From assembly GCA_963766735.1 (NCBI GenBank), contig CAVYBU010000020.1:13086-45085 (forward strand): a stretch of DNA of 32,000 bases, written 5' to 3'. Below are positions 31,107 through 32,000 of this stretch, piece after piece (position 1 is the stretch's first letter; the number at the start of each line of letters is the position of its first letter). A model generated the notes under the pieces. That model saw nothing but the letters and a program-made list of their open reading frames with translations. It was not told the DNA's origin and made no database searches. The stretch comes from an uncultured Chloroflexia bacterium. Lineage in GTDB: Bacteria > Chloroflexota > Limnocylindria > Limnocylindrales > CSP1-4. Made by a program: the position numbers and the translations under genes.

Positions 31107-32000
31107 TCAGGAACCCGTCCCGGGATCGGGCAGGGGATCGACCCCGGTGAGCCCAGCGGCGAGCTCCCAGAAGCGGCGGGCCCTGCCCGCATCGTGAGAC
31201 TCCGGGCTGGAGTCGATGGGCCGCCGCTCTCCAAAGAACTGGCCCCCGACGCCCACGATGGACGGATCGACGGCCATGAAGGCGAGCGAGTCCGCGGCGG
31301 CATCCACCGACGTAGCGAACGGCATGCGGGGAAGGACGACCTGCATGAACCGCCGCTTGACGCCGTGGGCGCTGGCGGAGGCGGTCGCCGGCACGAAGCC
31401 CGGACACACGGCATTCGAGGTGATCGAGCGGGGCGGCAGGCGGCGCTGGAGCTCGTAGGCCAGCCACACCACCGCGAGCTTGGAGTTCTTGTAGGCGCGG
31501 TCGGGCTGGTAGCCGCGCTCCAGCTGCGGATCGTCGAAGTCGAAGTCCACCGGGACGCCGCGCGAGTCCGGCAGGTGGAGCCGGGAGCTGACGAAGACGA
31601 CGCGGGAGGAAGGCGACCGCTCGAGCAACGGCAGCATCAGGCCCGTCGTCAGGTAGGGCGCCAGGTCGTTGACGGCCAGCGTCTCCTCGAAGCCGTCCAC
31701 CGTGACCCTGCGGGTCGGGCTCTGCTGCATGATGCCGGCGACGTGGAACAGGACGTCGATGGGCGCATCGAGCTCCAGCTGGGCGTCTGCGAACGCCCGC
31801 ACGGCGGCCAGTGAGGAGAGGTCCACGGCCCGCGGTTCCACGAGAGCGCCGGGATGCCGCTGCCGGATCTCCGTCGCCGCGGTCTCCGCAGCAGACGGGG
31901 TCCGGGCCGTCAGCAGGACGCGGTGGCCGGCCGCGGCGAGCTTCTCCGCGGTGGCTCTCCCGAGGCCTCGCCCGCCCCCGGTGATCAGGATGGTCGTCAT
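31107..32000 (-). CDS. Short-chain dehydrogenase/reductase (classical SDR)
   Basis: 297 aa. It has the cofactor motif ILITGGGRGLGRA and the catalytic YKNSK, and the ATG lies exactly at the window end. Confidence 0.85.
   Translation of the reverse strand: MTTILITGGGRGLGRATAEKLAAAGHRVLLTARTPSAAETAATEIRQRHPGALVEPRAVDLSSLAAVRAFADAQLELDAPIDVLFHVAGIMQQSPTRRVTVDGFEETLAVNDLAPYLTTGLMLPLLERSPSSRVVFVSSRLHLPDSRGVPVDFDFDDPQLERGYQPDRAYKNSKLAVVWLAYELQRRLPPRSITSNAVCPGFVPATASASAHGVKRRFMQVVLPRMPFATSVDAAADSLAFMAVDPSIVGVGGQFFGERRPIDSSPESHDAGRARRFWELAAGLTGVDPLPDPGTGS

Overview
High-GC (roughly 70%) chromosomal segment of actinobacterial type. SD-like GGAGG sites are common, GTG starts are frequent, and both strands carry long spurious antisense ORFs. 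I support about 26 genes or gene remnants. In order they are:
- a partial M20 peptidase
- a 194-aa membrane protein gene present twice as a gene-sized direct repeat
- a GNAT acetyltransferase
- a frameshifted NAD(P)-binding/DUF2867 gene
- a zinc-ribbon/class III cyclase/AAA/TPR protein
- a SARP (BTAD) regulator
- a DUF4242 protein
- a PEP-utilising (PpsA/rifampicin-phosphotransferase-like) enzyme coupled to a divergent ferrochelatase-family protein
- a small hypothetical protein
- an AraC remnant
- a VanW-family protein
- a channel-like TrkA-N/RyR-repeat membrane protein followed by a TIR-TM-extracytoplasmic-domain protein
- a redoxin fragment
- a Pro/Thr-linker membrane-anchored protein
- a VOC fragment
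- an SGNH lipoprotein
- an ECF sigma/anti-sigma-like pair
- an ABM monooxygenase
- a truncated methyltransferase
- a receptor-type cyclase with an extracytoplasmic beta-propeller-like and SBP-5 region
- a hypothetical protein
- an SDR

No rRNA, tRNA, CRISPR array, transposase or integrase was recognised. The main things worth a second look are:
1. The adjacent RyR/RCK channel-like gene and TIR receptor-like gene, a candidate undescribed NAD-signalling or defence module.
2. A roughly 40-nt GC-rich hairpin element present six to seven times, always in the same orientation, in intergenic DNA.
3. The 618-bp gene-sized duplication, whose only coding differences are synonymous.
4. An unusual density of truncated or frameshifted genes.

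All family assignments come from motif recognition by eye. No database search was run.
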